Shown here in pieces: positions 19,429-26,331 of a stretch of 40,593 bases of DNA. The number at the start of each line of letters is the position of its first letter. Within the stretch, counting starts at the first letter, position 1. Below the pieces are notes generated by a model. That model was not told the DNA's origin, made no database searches, and saw only the letters and a program-made list of their open reading frames with translations. The DNA is from a virus (Duplodnaviria > Caudoviricetes): the IMG/VR virus record IMGVR_UViG_3300049173_000095, positions 1 to 40,593 of that record. One strand, 5' to 3'. Made by a program: the position numbers and the translations under genes.

Positions 19429-20037
19429 GTGTCTACGACCGATTCGTGGGGGCAGGGCATCCAGGTGCCGACGCTCGGCGACGCCCCCAACATCGAGGCG
19501 CTGCTCGCCGCGATTGACGCGCTGGCCGCGCCGGGCATCATGAAGTTCCAGAACGCCAGCGCCCGCGCGGCGAAGATCCCCACGCCAACGCACGGGATGC
19601 TGACGGACCTGGTCGACGAGGACCGCATCGACCGCTGGGACGGCACCCGCTGGTACCCGATCACGCCTGGACCGTGGCACGCGTTCCCGTATGCCTCCGG
19701 CATGGTCGCCGACTCCGGTAGCCCTGGATACCGGTTCGTCAACGGGACGGTACAGCTGCGGGGCCGCATCGCCCGGCAGTCTGGCGGACAGTTCACTACC
19801 GGCACCGAGTGGCTGCTCGGCACGCTGCCCGCGGGATGGCGGCCGACCACGTACAGCTACTGGGTCGTGCCCCTGGAGATGGGCGCCGGCATCTACTACG
19901 GCAGGGCCGAGATACGCACCGACGGCCAGGTCATCGCATTCACGCCGCCTGGCGCGACGAGCAGCACTGACGGCATGAAGTGGATCGGCGTGGACGGTCA
20001 GTGGTTCCCCCTCGACACCCCGCCCACCACCCTCTAG
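19429..20037 (+). CDS. Minor tail/receptor-binding-region protein
   Basis: AAGGAG RBS; FQNASARAA.IPTP..GM and GTVQLRG..LGTLPAGWRP motifs common in actinophage tail-tip proteins. Confidence 0.72.
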   Translation: MSTTDSWGQGIQVPTLGDAPNIEALLAAIDALAAPGIMKFQNASARAAKIPTPTHGMLTDLVDEDRIDRWDGTRWYPITPGPWHAFPYASGMVADSGSPGYRFVNGTVQLRGRIARQSGGQFTTGTEWLLGTLPAGWRPTTYSYWVVPLEMGAGIYYGRAEIRTDGQVIAFTPPGATSSTDGMKWIGVDGQWFPLDTPPTTL

Positions 20038-20047
20038 GAGCAGCCCT

Positions 20048-20227
20048 GTGCCAACGCAGCCCGTGCCGGCGCCGGCCACGCCGGACCCGTCCGGAGCGCC
20101 CGCCGGGGATACCGGCGCTCTCGTGGACCTCGGCGTGGAAGAACCACCGCCGGTTCCGAGCCCGGAGCCGCCGCCCCCGCCCACCCAGGAGTTCGACGCC
20201 GGCCCGTTCCTGGCCGAGCCGTCCTGA
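20048..20227 (+). CDS. Pro-rich acidic microprotein (59 aa), not in ORF track
   Basis: TAGGAG RBS 7 nt before GTG; MPTQPVPAPATPDPSG...EFDAGPFLAEPS; TGA at 20225-20227. Confidence 0.6.
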   Translation: MPTQPVPAPATPDPSGAPAGDTGALVDLGVEEPPPVPSPEPPPPPTQEFDAGPFLAEPS

Positions 20228-20242
20228 CTCACCCATCATCTC

Positions 20243-20270
20243 GCCCCGCGCCCTCTGGCCGGGGCCTTTC
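20243..20270 (+). terminator. Hairpin/weak terminator before lysis cassette
   Basis: GCCCCG..GCC ctct GGC CGGGGC followed by CTTTC. Confidence 0.45.
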
Positions 20271-20288
20271 GCATATCTGGAGGCCCTC

Positions 20289-21197
20289 ATGGCCACGAGC
20301 GGACCACAGACCTACCCGGGCGCGAGCCTGTCGCACTGGTACCAGAACGCGTATGCAGGCGACGCGATGAAGACGAACACGATCGTCTGGCACAGCACCG
20401 AGGGGACGAGCCTGCCGACGTACAGCGGAGGCTCGATAGCCCCGAATTTCACCGCGGTGCCGAACTGGGGGAAGAAGCGCCTCGACTGGTACCAGCACTT
20501 CGGGTTCGACATTTCGGCCCGCGCCCTGGTCAATAAGGCCGGCGGAGTTGAGACGAACACCCTGAATGTCTGCCAGATAGAGATCGTGGGCACCTGCGAC
20601 CCGGCCACGCACAGGCGGTGGGGGGCAACCCCGCACCTGTACATGCCGGATCTGCCAGATTGGGCGATCCGGGACCTCGGGGTGTTCGCCCGGTGGGCGC
20701 ACGCAGAGCACGGTGTACCGCTCTCCTCTGGGGTGACGTTCGAGGCGTACCCAGCGTCGTACGGCTCGAACGGGGTCCGCCTGAGCGGGGCCCGATGGGA
20801 GTCGTTCAGCGGGCACTGCGGGCACCAGCACGTCCCCGAGAACGACCACGGCGACCCGGGCGCACTGCCGATGGCCTCGATCCTCGCTGCGGCGGGCAAG
20901 GGCGGCACCTCGCCGGGCGGTTCGACGAGCACGCCCTCGAAGCCGTCGAAGCCAGCAGCTGTCCCGTTCCCGGGGCGGCAGTACTTCAAGGCCGGCGCGA
21001 ACAACAAGTACGTGACCCAGCTCGGCCAGCAGCTGAAGAAGCGTGGCTTCGGCCGGCACTACACGTCCGGCCCCGGGCCCCGATGGACGGAAGCGGACCG
21101 GCAGAACGTCCGCGACTTCCAGCTGTCCAAGAAGGAGTTGCGAGGCGACGCCGACGGCTACCCCGGCCCGCTGACTTGGAAGCTCCTTTTCTCCTGA
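20289..21197 (+). CDS. Endolysin (amidase-like catalytic domain plus peptidoglycan-binding domain)
   Basis: GGAGG RBS; WHSTEG, QIEIVG, GHQHVPENDHGDPG Zn-amidase-like residues; PSKP linker; C-terminal VRDFQ..GDADGYPGPLTW. Confidence 0.9.
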   Translation: MATSGPQTYPGASLSHWYQNAYAGDAMKTNTIVWHSTEGTSLPTYSGGSIAPNFTAVPNWGKKRLDWYQHFGFDISARALVNKAGGVETNTLNVCQIEIVGTCDPATHRRWGATPHLYMPDLPDWAIRDLGVFARWAHAEHGVPLSSGVTFEAYPASYGSNGVRLSGARWESFSGHCGHQHVPENDHGDPGALPMASILAAAGKGGTSPGGSTSTPSKPSKPAAVPFPGRQYFKAGANNKYVTQLGQQLKKRGFGRHYTSGPGPRWTEADRQNVRDFQLSKKELRGDADGYPGPLTWKLLFS

Positions 21198-21203
21198 CCC
21201 CCT

Positions 21204-21231
21204 CTTCGGCGTGCCCGGGAGTACGCCGACC
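21204..21231 (+). other. Stem-loop between endolysin and holin
   Basis: TCGGCGTGC ... GTACGCCGA inverted repeat. Confidence 0.35.
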
Positions 21232-21248
21232 AGCAGAACGGAATCGAT

Positions 21249-21623
21249 ATGAAGATCTTCGGTAGGGAGCCGGCCGCGTGGGCGGCGCTCGTAAGCATCC
21301 TCTTGCAGGTGATCGGCGCGTTCGTCGCCAACTTCGACGCTGAGACGCAGGCGTGGGTGAACGGCGTGGTGATCGCTGCCCTCGGCCTGATCGTCGCGGT
21401 CATGGTCCATGACGGAGTGATCGCGGCCATCGCTGGTTTCACGCAGGCGACCATCATCCTGGCGGTGGGGCTCGGGCTGGACTGGTCCGCCGGGAAGCAG
21501 GCGCTCATCCTGTCCTTCGTGACGATGGTGGCTCAGTTCGCGGTGCGTCAGAACGTGGGGGCTCCGGTCGGGGCGCTCCCGCCTGCGGCGAAGTCGGGCG
21601 CTGCCCGGCCGACGGCGGTCTGA
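21249..21623 (+). CDS. Holin
   Basis: MKIFGREPA start, about four hydrophobic helices, directly after endolysin. Confidence 0.8.
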   Translation: MKIFGREPAAWAALVSILLQVIGAFVANFDAETQAWVNGVVIAALGLIVAVMVHDGVIAAIAGFTQATIILAVGLGLDWSAGKQALILSFVTMVAQFAVRQNVGAPVGALPPAAKSGAARPTAV

Positions 21624-21635
21624 CGGGGGTCGCGC

Positions 21636-21932
21636 ATGTCCGATGAGCCGACCCTCGGTGAGGTTGTTCGGCGGTTCGAGGATCGGTTCGCGGACGTGCG
21701 CGACGACATCGCAGGTCTCGGCCGTCGCATCGACAGCAAGGTCAGTCAGGACGTCTACGACCTGCGGCATGAGGCGCTGGCGAGCCGGGTCTCGACGCTG
21801 GAGACGCTGAGGGAGAAGGACGCGGAGAAGCTGGTGGCGACGCGACGGTGGCTGATCGGCGCGGTGGTGGTGCCGCTGGTCGGGATCCTGCTGCCGGTCG
21901 TGCTGCTACTGATGCAGGGGGCGGGGTCATGA
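21636..21932 (+). CDS. Membrane protein (coiled coil plus C-terminal TM) of lysis cassette
   Basis: EPTLGEV.RR N-terminus; RRWLIGAVVVPLVGILLPVVLLL TM segment. Confidence 0.75.
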   Translation: MSDEPTLGEVVRRFEDRFADVRDDIAGLGRRIDSKVSQDVYDLRHEALASRVSTLETLREKDAEKLVATRRWLIGAVVVPLVGILLPVVLLLMQGAGS

Positions 21933-22588
21933 TGCGGCCGCAAGTGCGCGCGGAGGAGCGCCGTTGGCGTCGCGGTGACGCGCTGACCGTCGCCGGCGCT
22001 CTGCTCCTCGGCGCTGTCATCGCGTGGATAGTTCTCACCGTTCAGCATCTGAGCGGCGAGTTGCAGGACGCGAACACAGCACGCGACCTCCTCGCTCGGC
22101 AGGTGCAGCAGCTCGGGCACAAGCCGGTGGCTGGCCCGCCGGGGAGCCGCGGCGACCCGGGCCCGGCGGTACGGGGGCCCCGCGGGCCGCGCGGCGCGCG
22201 GGGGGACCCGGGGGAGCCAGGCCCGAGCGGTCCGTCCGGCAAAGCCGGCGCTACTGGCAAGAGCGGCAGCGCCGGCAAGGCCGGAGCCAGGGGCGCTGAT
22301 GGGTCTGTGGGGGCCCCAGGGAGCGACGGGTCCCCTGGCGCGGGCGGATCTCCCGGCGCTCAGGGTCCTCAGGGTGACCCGGGGCCCGCGGGGAGGGACG
22401 GCGCGGACGGCCAGGACGGCCGCGACGGGCAGGATGGCCAGACCTGTCCGGCCGGGTACAGCCTGCAGCCGCCGCCCGATGATCCGGACTCCTTGGTGTG
22501 TCGGCGCGATGGTGCGCCGGCATCTCCCGAGCCCAGTCCGTCAGCGTCGCCCCCAGCCATCCTGACGCCGGACCGGCGCAGAACATGA
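21929..22588 (+). CDS. Membrane-anchored collagen-like protein
   Basis: N-terminal TM and coiled segment; long Gly-X-Y run; C-terminal TCPAGY...LVCRR. Confidence 0.82.
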   Translation: MMRPQVRAEERRWRRGDALTVAGALLLGAVIAWIVLTVQHLSGELQDANTARDLLARQVQQLGHKPVAGPPGSRGDPGPAVRGPRGPRGARGDPGEPGPSGPSGKAGATGKSGSAGKAGARGADGSVGAPGSDGSPGAGGSPGAQGPQGDPGPAGRDGADGQDGRDGQDGQTCPAGYSLQPPPDDPDSLVCRRDGAPASPEPSPSASPPAILTPDRRRT

Positions 22589-22592
22589 ACGT

Positions 22593-22628
22593 CGCCCCGC
22601 TCCTGCTTCGGCAGGGGCGGGGCGTTTC
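22593..22628 (+). terminator. Rho-independent terminator ending the late operon
   Basis: CGCCCCGCTCCTGC-TTCG-GCAGGGGCGGGGCG stem with UUCG loop, then TTTC. Confidence 0.85.
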
Positions 22629-22745
22629 GTCGTTGGGTGCGGTCGGCAGGGTGGAGCGCGCTCCACAACCCCGGAGGGCCGCTGCGAACGCCTACCGACC
22701 GCATGGCCAACCTAGGGCGGCCGCGCGGGAATGTCAGCCCCCGCG

Positions 22746-22916
22746 CTACAAGTCTGCGCTGGCTGCCTGGTGTACGGCTTCGGACCATGTGTCGAGCAGC
22801 TGCTCGTACTGGTCCTGCTCCTCGGGCCACAGCGGGCGTCCGGTACGGGCGGCCATGAACTGGCGTATCTGCTCGTTGGCCTCGGCGGCGGCGTCGGGGA
22901 CGCAGGTGGTCGCCAT
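22746..22916 (-). CDS. 56-aa hypothetical protein, leaderless
   Basis: MATTCVPDAAAEANEQIRQFMAARTGRPLWPEEQDQYEQLLDTWSEAVHQAASADL; -10 TACGAT ends 6 nt before ATG. Confidence 0.7.
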   Translation of the reverse strand: MATTCVPDAAAEANEQIRQFMAARTGRPLWPEEQDQYEQLLDTWSEAVHQAASADL

Positions 22917-22922
22917 GCGCGA

Positions 22923-22945
22923 ATCGTACGGCCAGTTACTGACAA
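22923..22945 (-). promoter_or_regulatory. RecA-NDp/PafBC-type DNA-damage promoter
   Basis: Minus strand TTGTCAG-taactggccg-TACGAT matches TGTCRG-N10-TAnnnT. Confidence 0.7.
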
Positions 22946-22967
22946 AGGCATGCGAGTTGCCCACCCT

Positions 22968-22973
22968 TAGGCT
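22968..22973 (+). promoter_or_regulatory. -10 element of leaderless HAD gene
   Basis: TAGGCT ends 6 nt before ATG 22980; no RBS visible. Confidence 0.55.
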
Positions 22974-22979
22974 GTTTGC

Positions 22980-23621
22980 ATGATCCGTGCAGTGGCATTC
23001 GACGTCGGCGAAACTCTCATCAGCGACGACCGCGGGTGGGGCGCGTGGGCCGACTGGCTGGGCGTCAACCGGCACACTCTGTCGGCGCTGGTCGGCGCGG
23101 TCGTCGCACAGGGCCGGGACAACGCGGACGCGCTGCGGCTCGTTCGGCCGGGCATCGACGTGGAGGCGGAGCGAGCCGCGATGGAGCGGGCCGGCCGGGG
23201 CGAGGCCTTCGACGAGCGAGACCTGTACCCGGACGCCCGGCCGTCGCTCGCCGCGCTCCGGGCAGGCGGCTTCCGTGTAGTGGTGGCTGGCAACCAAACG
23301 GCGCGTGCCGGGGAGTTGCTGCGTGCTCTCGACCTGCCCGTGGATGCGCTGGCCACGTCCGGGGAGTGGGGAGTGGCGAAGCCTGAGCCCCACTTCTTCG
23401 CACGCACCGTCGAGCTTGCCGGCGTCCGGGCGGAGGAGGTGCTGTACGTCGGCGATCACCCGCAGAACGACGTCGGCCCGGCGCGCGCCGCTGGCCTGCG
23501 GGCTGCGCACCTTCGCCGCGGGCCGCTCGGGCATCTGTGGGCGGACAGCGAGGACGCGCGAGCCGCGGACTGGCAGGTTGGGAGCCTCGCCGAGTTGGTC
23601 GCTGTGCTGCGGTCAGAGTGA
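22980..23621 (+). CDS. HAD-superfamily hydrolase
   Basis: Motif I FDVGETL, motif II VAGNQ, motif III KPEP.FF, motif IV YVGDHPQNDV. Confidence 0.92.
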   Translation: MIRAVAFDVGETLISDDRGWGAWADWLGVNRHTLSALVGAVVAQGRDNADALRLVRPGIDVEAERAAMERAGRGEAFDERDLYPDARPSLAALRAGGFRVVVAGNQTARAGELLRALDLPVDALATSGEWGVAKPEPHFFARTVELAGVRAEEVLYVGDHPQNDVGPARAAGLRAAHLRRGPLGHLWADSEDARAADWQVGSLAELVAVLRSE

Positions 23622-23630
23622 GCGAACTGC

Positions 23631-23671
23631 ACGGCCCCGCCTGCGTAGTGCGGGGCGAGGCCGTTTCTGTT
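23631..23671 (+). terminator. Probable terminator after HAD gene
   Basis: ACGGCC..CCGC...GCGG..GGCCGT stem followed by TTCTGTT. Confidence 0.55.
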
Positions 23672-23730
23672 CCCGGACAGTGACGGTCCGGGTACCGTGC
23701 GGAGTGGCTGCACCGAACGGGAGATTCAGT

Positions 23731-24921
23731 ATGCCCAGCATTGTGTATCGCGGGGTAGGCCCCTGCATTGCGTACGAGCGTCGCCTCTCTGGCCTCACCC
23801 AAGCTGAGCTGGCGCGCGACGCCGATATCGGCCTGGGCACCATTCGGAAGATCGAGCGCGGCGAGCGCGGGGTTTCCGATGCCGTCCTGGACGCCATCGC
23901 GGACGCGCTCGACCTCGACCCGGCCCGTCTGCTGCCCGACAAGGAGCGGCCGGACGATCGCGTGCATCGGGCCATGCCGGGGCTGTCTTCGGTCCTCGCA
24001 ACGTACGACGTCCCGGAAGACGGTCCGTTCCGACCCCTGCCTGCCCTCGCCGAGGCGGTCGCGTCTGTCGTCGCGTGGCGGCTCGGGGCGCAGTACGTAC
24101 GGGTGGCTCGTACCGTGCCGGACCTGCTGGCCGAGCTGTTCCGCGCATTGGAGGGGGCAGCGCCGAGTGGCCGCCCCGCCGTCGCCCGGTTACTGGTGGA
24201 CGCCTGCCGGGCTGCGGATGCCGTCGCTTACAAATACGGTGCCCGTGACCTGTCGGCCCGTCTCATCGACCTGATGCGGTGGGCCGCCCGGCAGGCTGAC
24301 GACCCTGTGGTGGATGCGACGACCGCCTATGTCCGGACGGAAACGTTCTTCGCCGCCAAGGCGCATGCCGCTGGGTTGCGCGCCCTCGAATTCGCTGCGG
24401 ACCAGGCCCTGGCATCCTCGGCGCCGGAGGCCGTTGCCGCCCGTGGGGCCCTGCACATGCGTGCTGCTGTGATTGCAGGCCGGGCTGGTGATGGTGACTC
24501 GGCCGAGATGCACCTCGACGCCGCGCGCGTCCTTGGCGACCAGCTGTCCGAGGGCGTGTACAGCGGCACGGCCTTCGGCCCCGACAGTGTCCGTATCCAT
24601 GAGGTGTCTGTGGCTGTCAGTCTCGGAGACGACCACCTGGGCAGGGCGCTGCAGTTGGCGCGTGAGTGGGCGCCGCGGCGGGACTTGCCGGCCGAGCGAC
24701 GATCTGGCTTCTACATCGAACTGGGTCGCGCACAGCTCTGGTCCGGCCGGCCGGATGCAGCATTCGAGTCGCTGAAGGTGGCGCGGAGGATCGCGCCGCA
24801 GCATGCGCGGGAGCACCGGTGGGTGAGGGAGGACGCTGCCACTCTGCGTCGATTGAAGAGGGCGGACGCCGAGTCCCTGTCGAACTTCGCCAAGTGGTGC
24901 CACGCAGGGGAGTGCTCCTGA
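23731..24921 (+). CDS. XRE-family HTH regulator with large helical (TPR-like) C-terminal domain; contains a TTA codon
   Basis: GGGAG RBS; RRLSGLTQAELA...GTIRKIERGER HTH; GALHMRAAV, TAFGP.SV.IH, PAERRS.FYIEL.RA, ARRIAPQH; TTA at 24190-24192. Confidence 0.88.
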   Translation: MPSIVYRGVGPCIAYERRLSGLTQAELARDADIGLGTIRKIERGERGVSDAVLDAIADALDLDPARLLPDKERPDDRVHRAMPGLSSVLATYDVPEDGPFRPLPALAEAVASVVAWRLGAQYVRVARTVPDLLAELFRALEGAAPSGRPAVARLLVDACRAADAVAYKYGARDLSARLIDLMRWAARQADDPVVDATTAYVRTETFFAAKAHAAGLRALEFAADQALASSAPEAVAARGALHMRAAVIAGRAGDGDSAEMHLDAARVLGDQLSEGVYSGTAFGPDSVRIHEVSVAVSLGDDHLGRALQLAREWAPRRDLPAERRSGFYIELGRAQLWSGRPDAAFESLKVARRIAPQHAREHRWVREDAATLRRLKRADAESLSNFAKWCHAGECS

Positions 24922-24924
24922 ACG

Positions 24925-24954
24925 GTACCCCTCGCAGGGGTACTTGAGGGGTAC
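24925..24954. promoter_or_regulatory. Putative operator: three AGGGGTAC half-sites
   Basis: GTACCCCT (24925-32, inverted), AGGGGTAC (24936-43), AGGGGTAC (24947-54) upstream of the small-gene operon. Confidence 0.5.
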
Positions 24955-24995
24955 TCAGCGGTCGACCATCTTCCTGAGCCCACTGGCACAGGGAG

Positions 24996-25196
24996 ATGAC
25001 CGTGACGGCAACGACAGCTCCACCCGCAGATCCGGACGTGAGTATCGTCCGGCTGCACGCCGAGGCGTGTTACTGGTGCGGAGCCGCGCAGAGGCCCCTC
25101 ACCCCTGCCGGGGCAGTGACCACTCCGGTTGAGGGCGGCGTGCGCGTGTGGTTCATCGTGGCCTGCCCGCAGCACAAGAACCGGAGGCCGCAATGA
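24996..25196 (+). CDS. Small Cys/His protein (CxxC...CxxH)
   Basis: EACYWCG ... VACPQH; AGGGAG RBS (start may be GTG 25002); ATGA overlap with next gene. Confidence 0.7.
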   Translation: MTVTATTAPPADPDVSIVRLHAEACYWCGAAQRPLTPAGAVTTPVEGGVRVWFIVACPQHKNRRPQ

Positions 25197-25531
25197 CTGC
25201 GACCGCCGGCGCGCCGAGCCGTGGCGAGATCCAGGACCTCGTAGCCCGAGCCCTGATGTCCGGCCCGCCGCTGCCGTACGACGAGCTGGTGGCGCTGGAG
25301 CAGGCGCTCCTCCTCGTCATCGCCGACTTGTGGGCGACCGTGGACGAGTCCGAGGGCCAGCGTCCCGAGGCACCGGGATCCGCCCGGCGGCGCGCGCGCC
25401 TGGACGGGATCCGGCATCAGACGTCGGTGGGCCTCGGCGACGGGCTGATTTCTGCGCAGGTGCAGGTCCGCGTTCTCGCTGCTGACTGCGAATGGTTGTT
25501 GGCCCAGTGTGCGACGGAGGCCAGCCGGTGA
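25193..25531 (+). CDS. DUF6415-like small helical protein
   Basis: GGAGG RBS; helical protein with GLGDGLISAQVQVRVLAADCEWL C-terminus; family assignment from memory only. Confidence 0.55.
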   Translation: MTATAGAPSRGEIQDLVARALMSGPPLPYDELVALEQALLLVIADLWATVDESEGQRPEAPGSARRRARLDGIRHQTSVGLGDGLISAQVQVRVLAADCEWLLAQCATEASR

Positions 25532-25908
25532 CCGCCGCGGCCCCGGTGGCGTTCGTCTACGACCGGTGCGTGAGCCGCTCGTACCGCCAGCTGGAGATGC
25601 GCCTGATCGGCTGCGACGGTTACGCGGATCGCATGGGCTGGGTGCTGGCGGGCCGCTGGATCGACCTCGGCGAGGACGCGCTCACTGCGCAACGCCCGAA
25701 GCTGGGCGCGCTGCTGGACGCCATGCACGAGGAGGCAGCCCGCCGCGAAGTGTTGTGCCTGGTGCACAACTGGGGCCGGCTCTCTGCCGACGACTCAGAA
25801 CGGCTGGCGTTCCAGACGCGCGTCGTCGAGGCCGGTGGCTGGTCGGCGACGACGTTCGGTGAGTCGGACCGGCGCGGCCGCACGCTGCTTGTGGGGAGGC
25901 GACCGTGA
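25528..25908 (+). CDS. Stand-alone serine-recombinase catalytic-like domain (degenerate)
   Basis: FVYDRCVS, C..YA...GW.....ID.G, RPKL..LL, LVHNWGRLS resemble the resolvase N-terminal fold; no DNA-binding domain (126 aa). Confidence 0.65.
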   Translation: MTAAAPVAFVYDRCVSRSYRQLEMRLIGCDGYADRMGWVLAGRWIDLGEDALTAQRPKLGALLDAMHEEAARREVLCLVHNWGRLSADDSERLAFQTRVVEAGGWSATTFGESDRRGRTLLVGRRP

Positions 25909-26084
25909 CGCCACATCGCGGCCGTGCCAGTGATCGCGTTTGGTGCCTGGTGTGTCCCGCCGAGATCGAGCCCGTCGACATCGCCCGCGTAGTCATACCG
26001 GCCACGGGCCGACGCCAACAGCCCTACGTAGGCCGCGTGCACCAGGCGTGCGCGCAGCGCCTCAACCTCGCCCCTGCCGGGTGA
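25905..26084 (+). CDS. 59-aa CxxC...HxxC microprotein, not in ORF track
   Basis: GGGGAGG RBS, GTGA overlap with previous stop; MTPHRGRASDRVWCLVCPAEI...RVHQACAQRLNLAPAG. Confidence 0.65.
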   Translation: MTPHRGRASDRVWCLVCPAEIEPVDIARVVIPATGRRQQPYVGRVHQACAQRLNLAPAG

Positions 26085-26091
26085 ACTCCTT

Positions 26092-26172
26092 GACTCCCGC
26101 GGGCGCTTTTCCCCCGAGGCGCCGCGGGACGGCCGGCCGCCGCAACCTCACATCGCTCCGCGGCGGCCGGCA
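26092..26172 (+). repeat. Double-hairpin repeat, copy 1
   Basis: Stem A TCCCGCGG.CGC/GCGCCGCGGGA; stem B GCCGGCCGCCGC/GCGGCGGCCGGC; core 26111-26144. Confidence 0.75.
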
Positions 26173-26196
26173 CATTTCACCGAGATAGGAGAAACC

Positions 26197-26331
26197 GTGT
26201 CAAAAGATGACTGCCACTTGTGCGGCGGCGGCCCGTGCCGCAACCCCAATCACAAGCCCATGGCGACCCCGGCCCCCACGGGTGCGGCTACGCCCATCAC
26301 TTCCGCCGACGTTACTCGCCCCCACCCCTGA
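26197..26331 (+). CDS. 44-aa Cys/His peptide between the repeats, not in ORF track
   Basis: AGGAGA RBS then GTG; MSKDDCHLCGGGPCRNPNHKPMATPAPTGAATPITSADVTRPHP. Confidence 0.55.
   Translation: MSKDDCHLCGGGPCRNPNHKPMATPAPTGAATPITSADVTRPHP

Noticed and set aside
22040-22054. Operator-like GTTCAG-cat-CTGAGC inside the collagen-like gene
   Set aside because: Single isolated match lacking the AT flanks of the switch operators; could be chance, so not called without binding data.
22130-22445. Tandem DNA repeats such as GACGGCCAG
   Set aside because: Explained by Gly-X-Y collagen coding.
24996-26331. Complete RiPP biosynthetic cluster or arbitrium-type peptide system
   Set aside because: No recognisable modifying enzyme, transporter or signal-peptide-bearing precursor is present.
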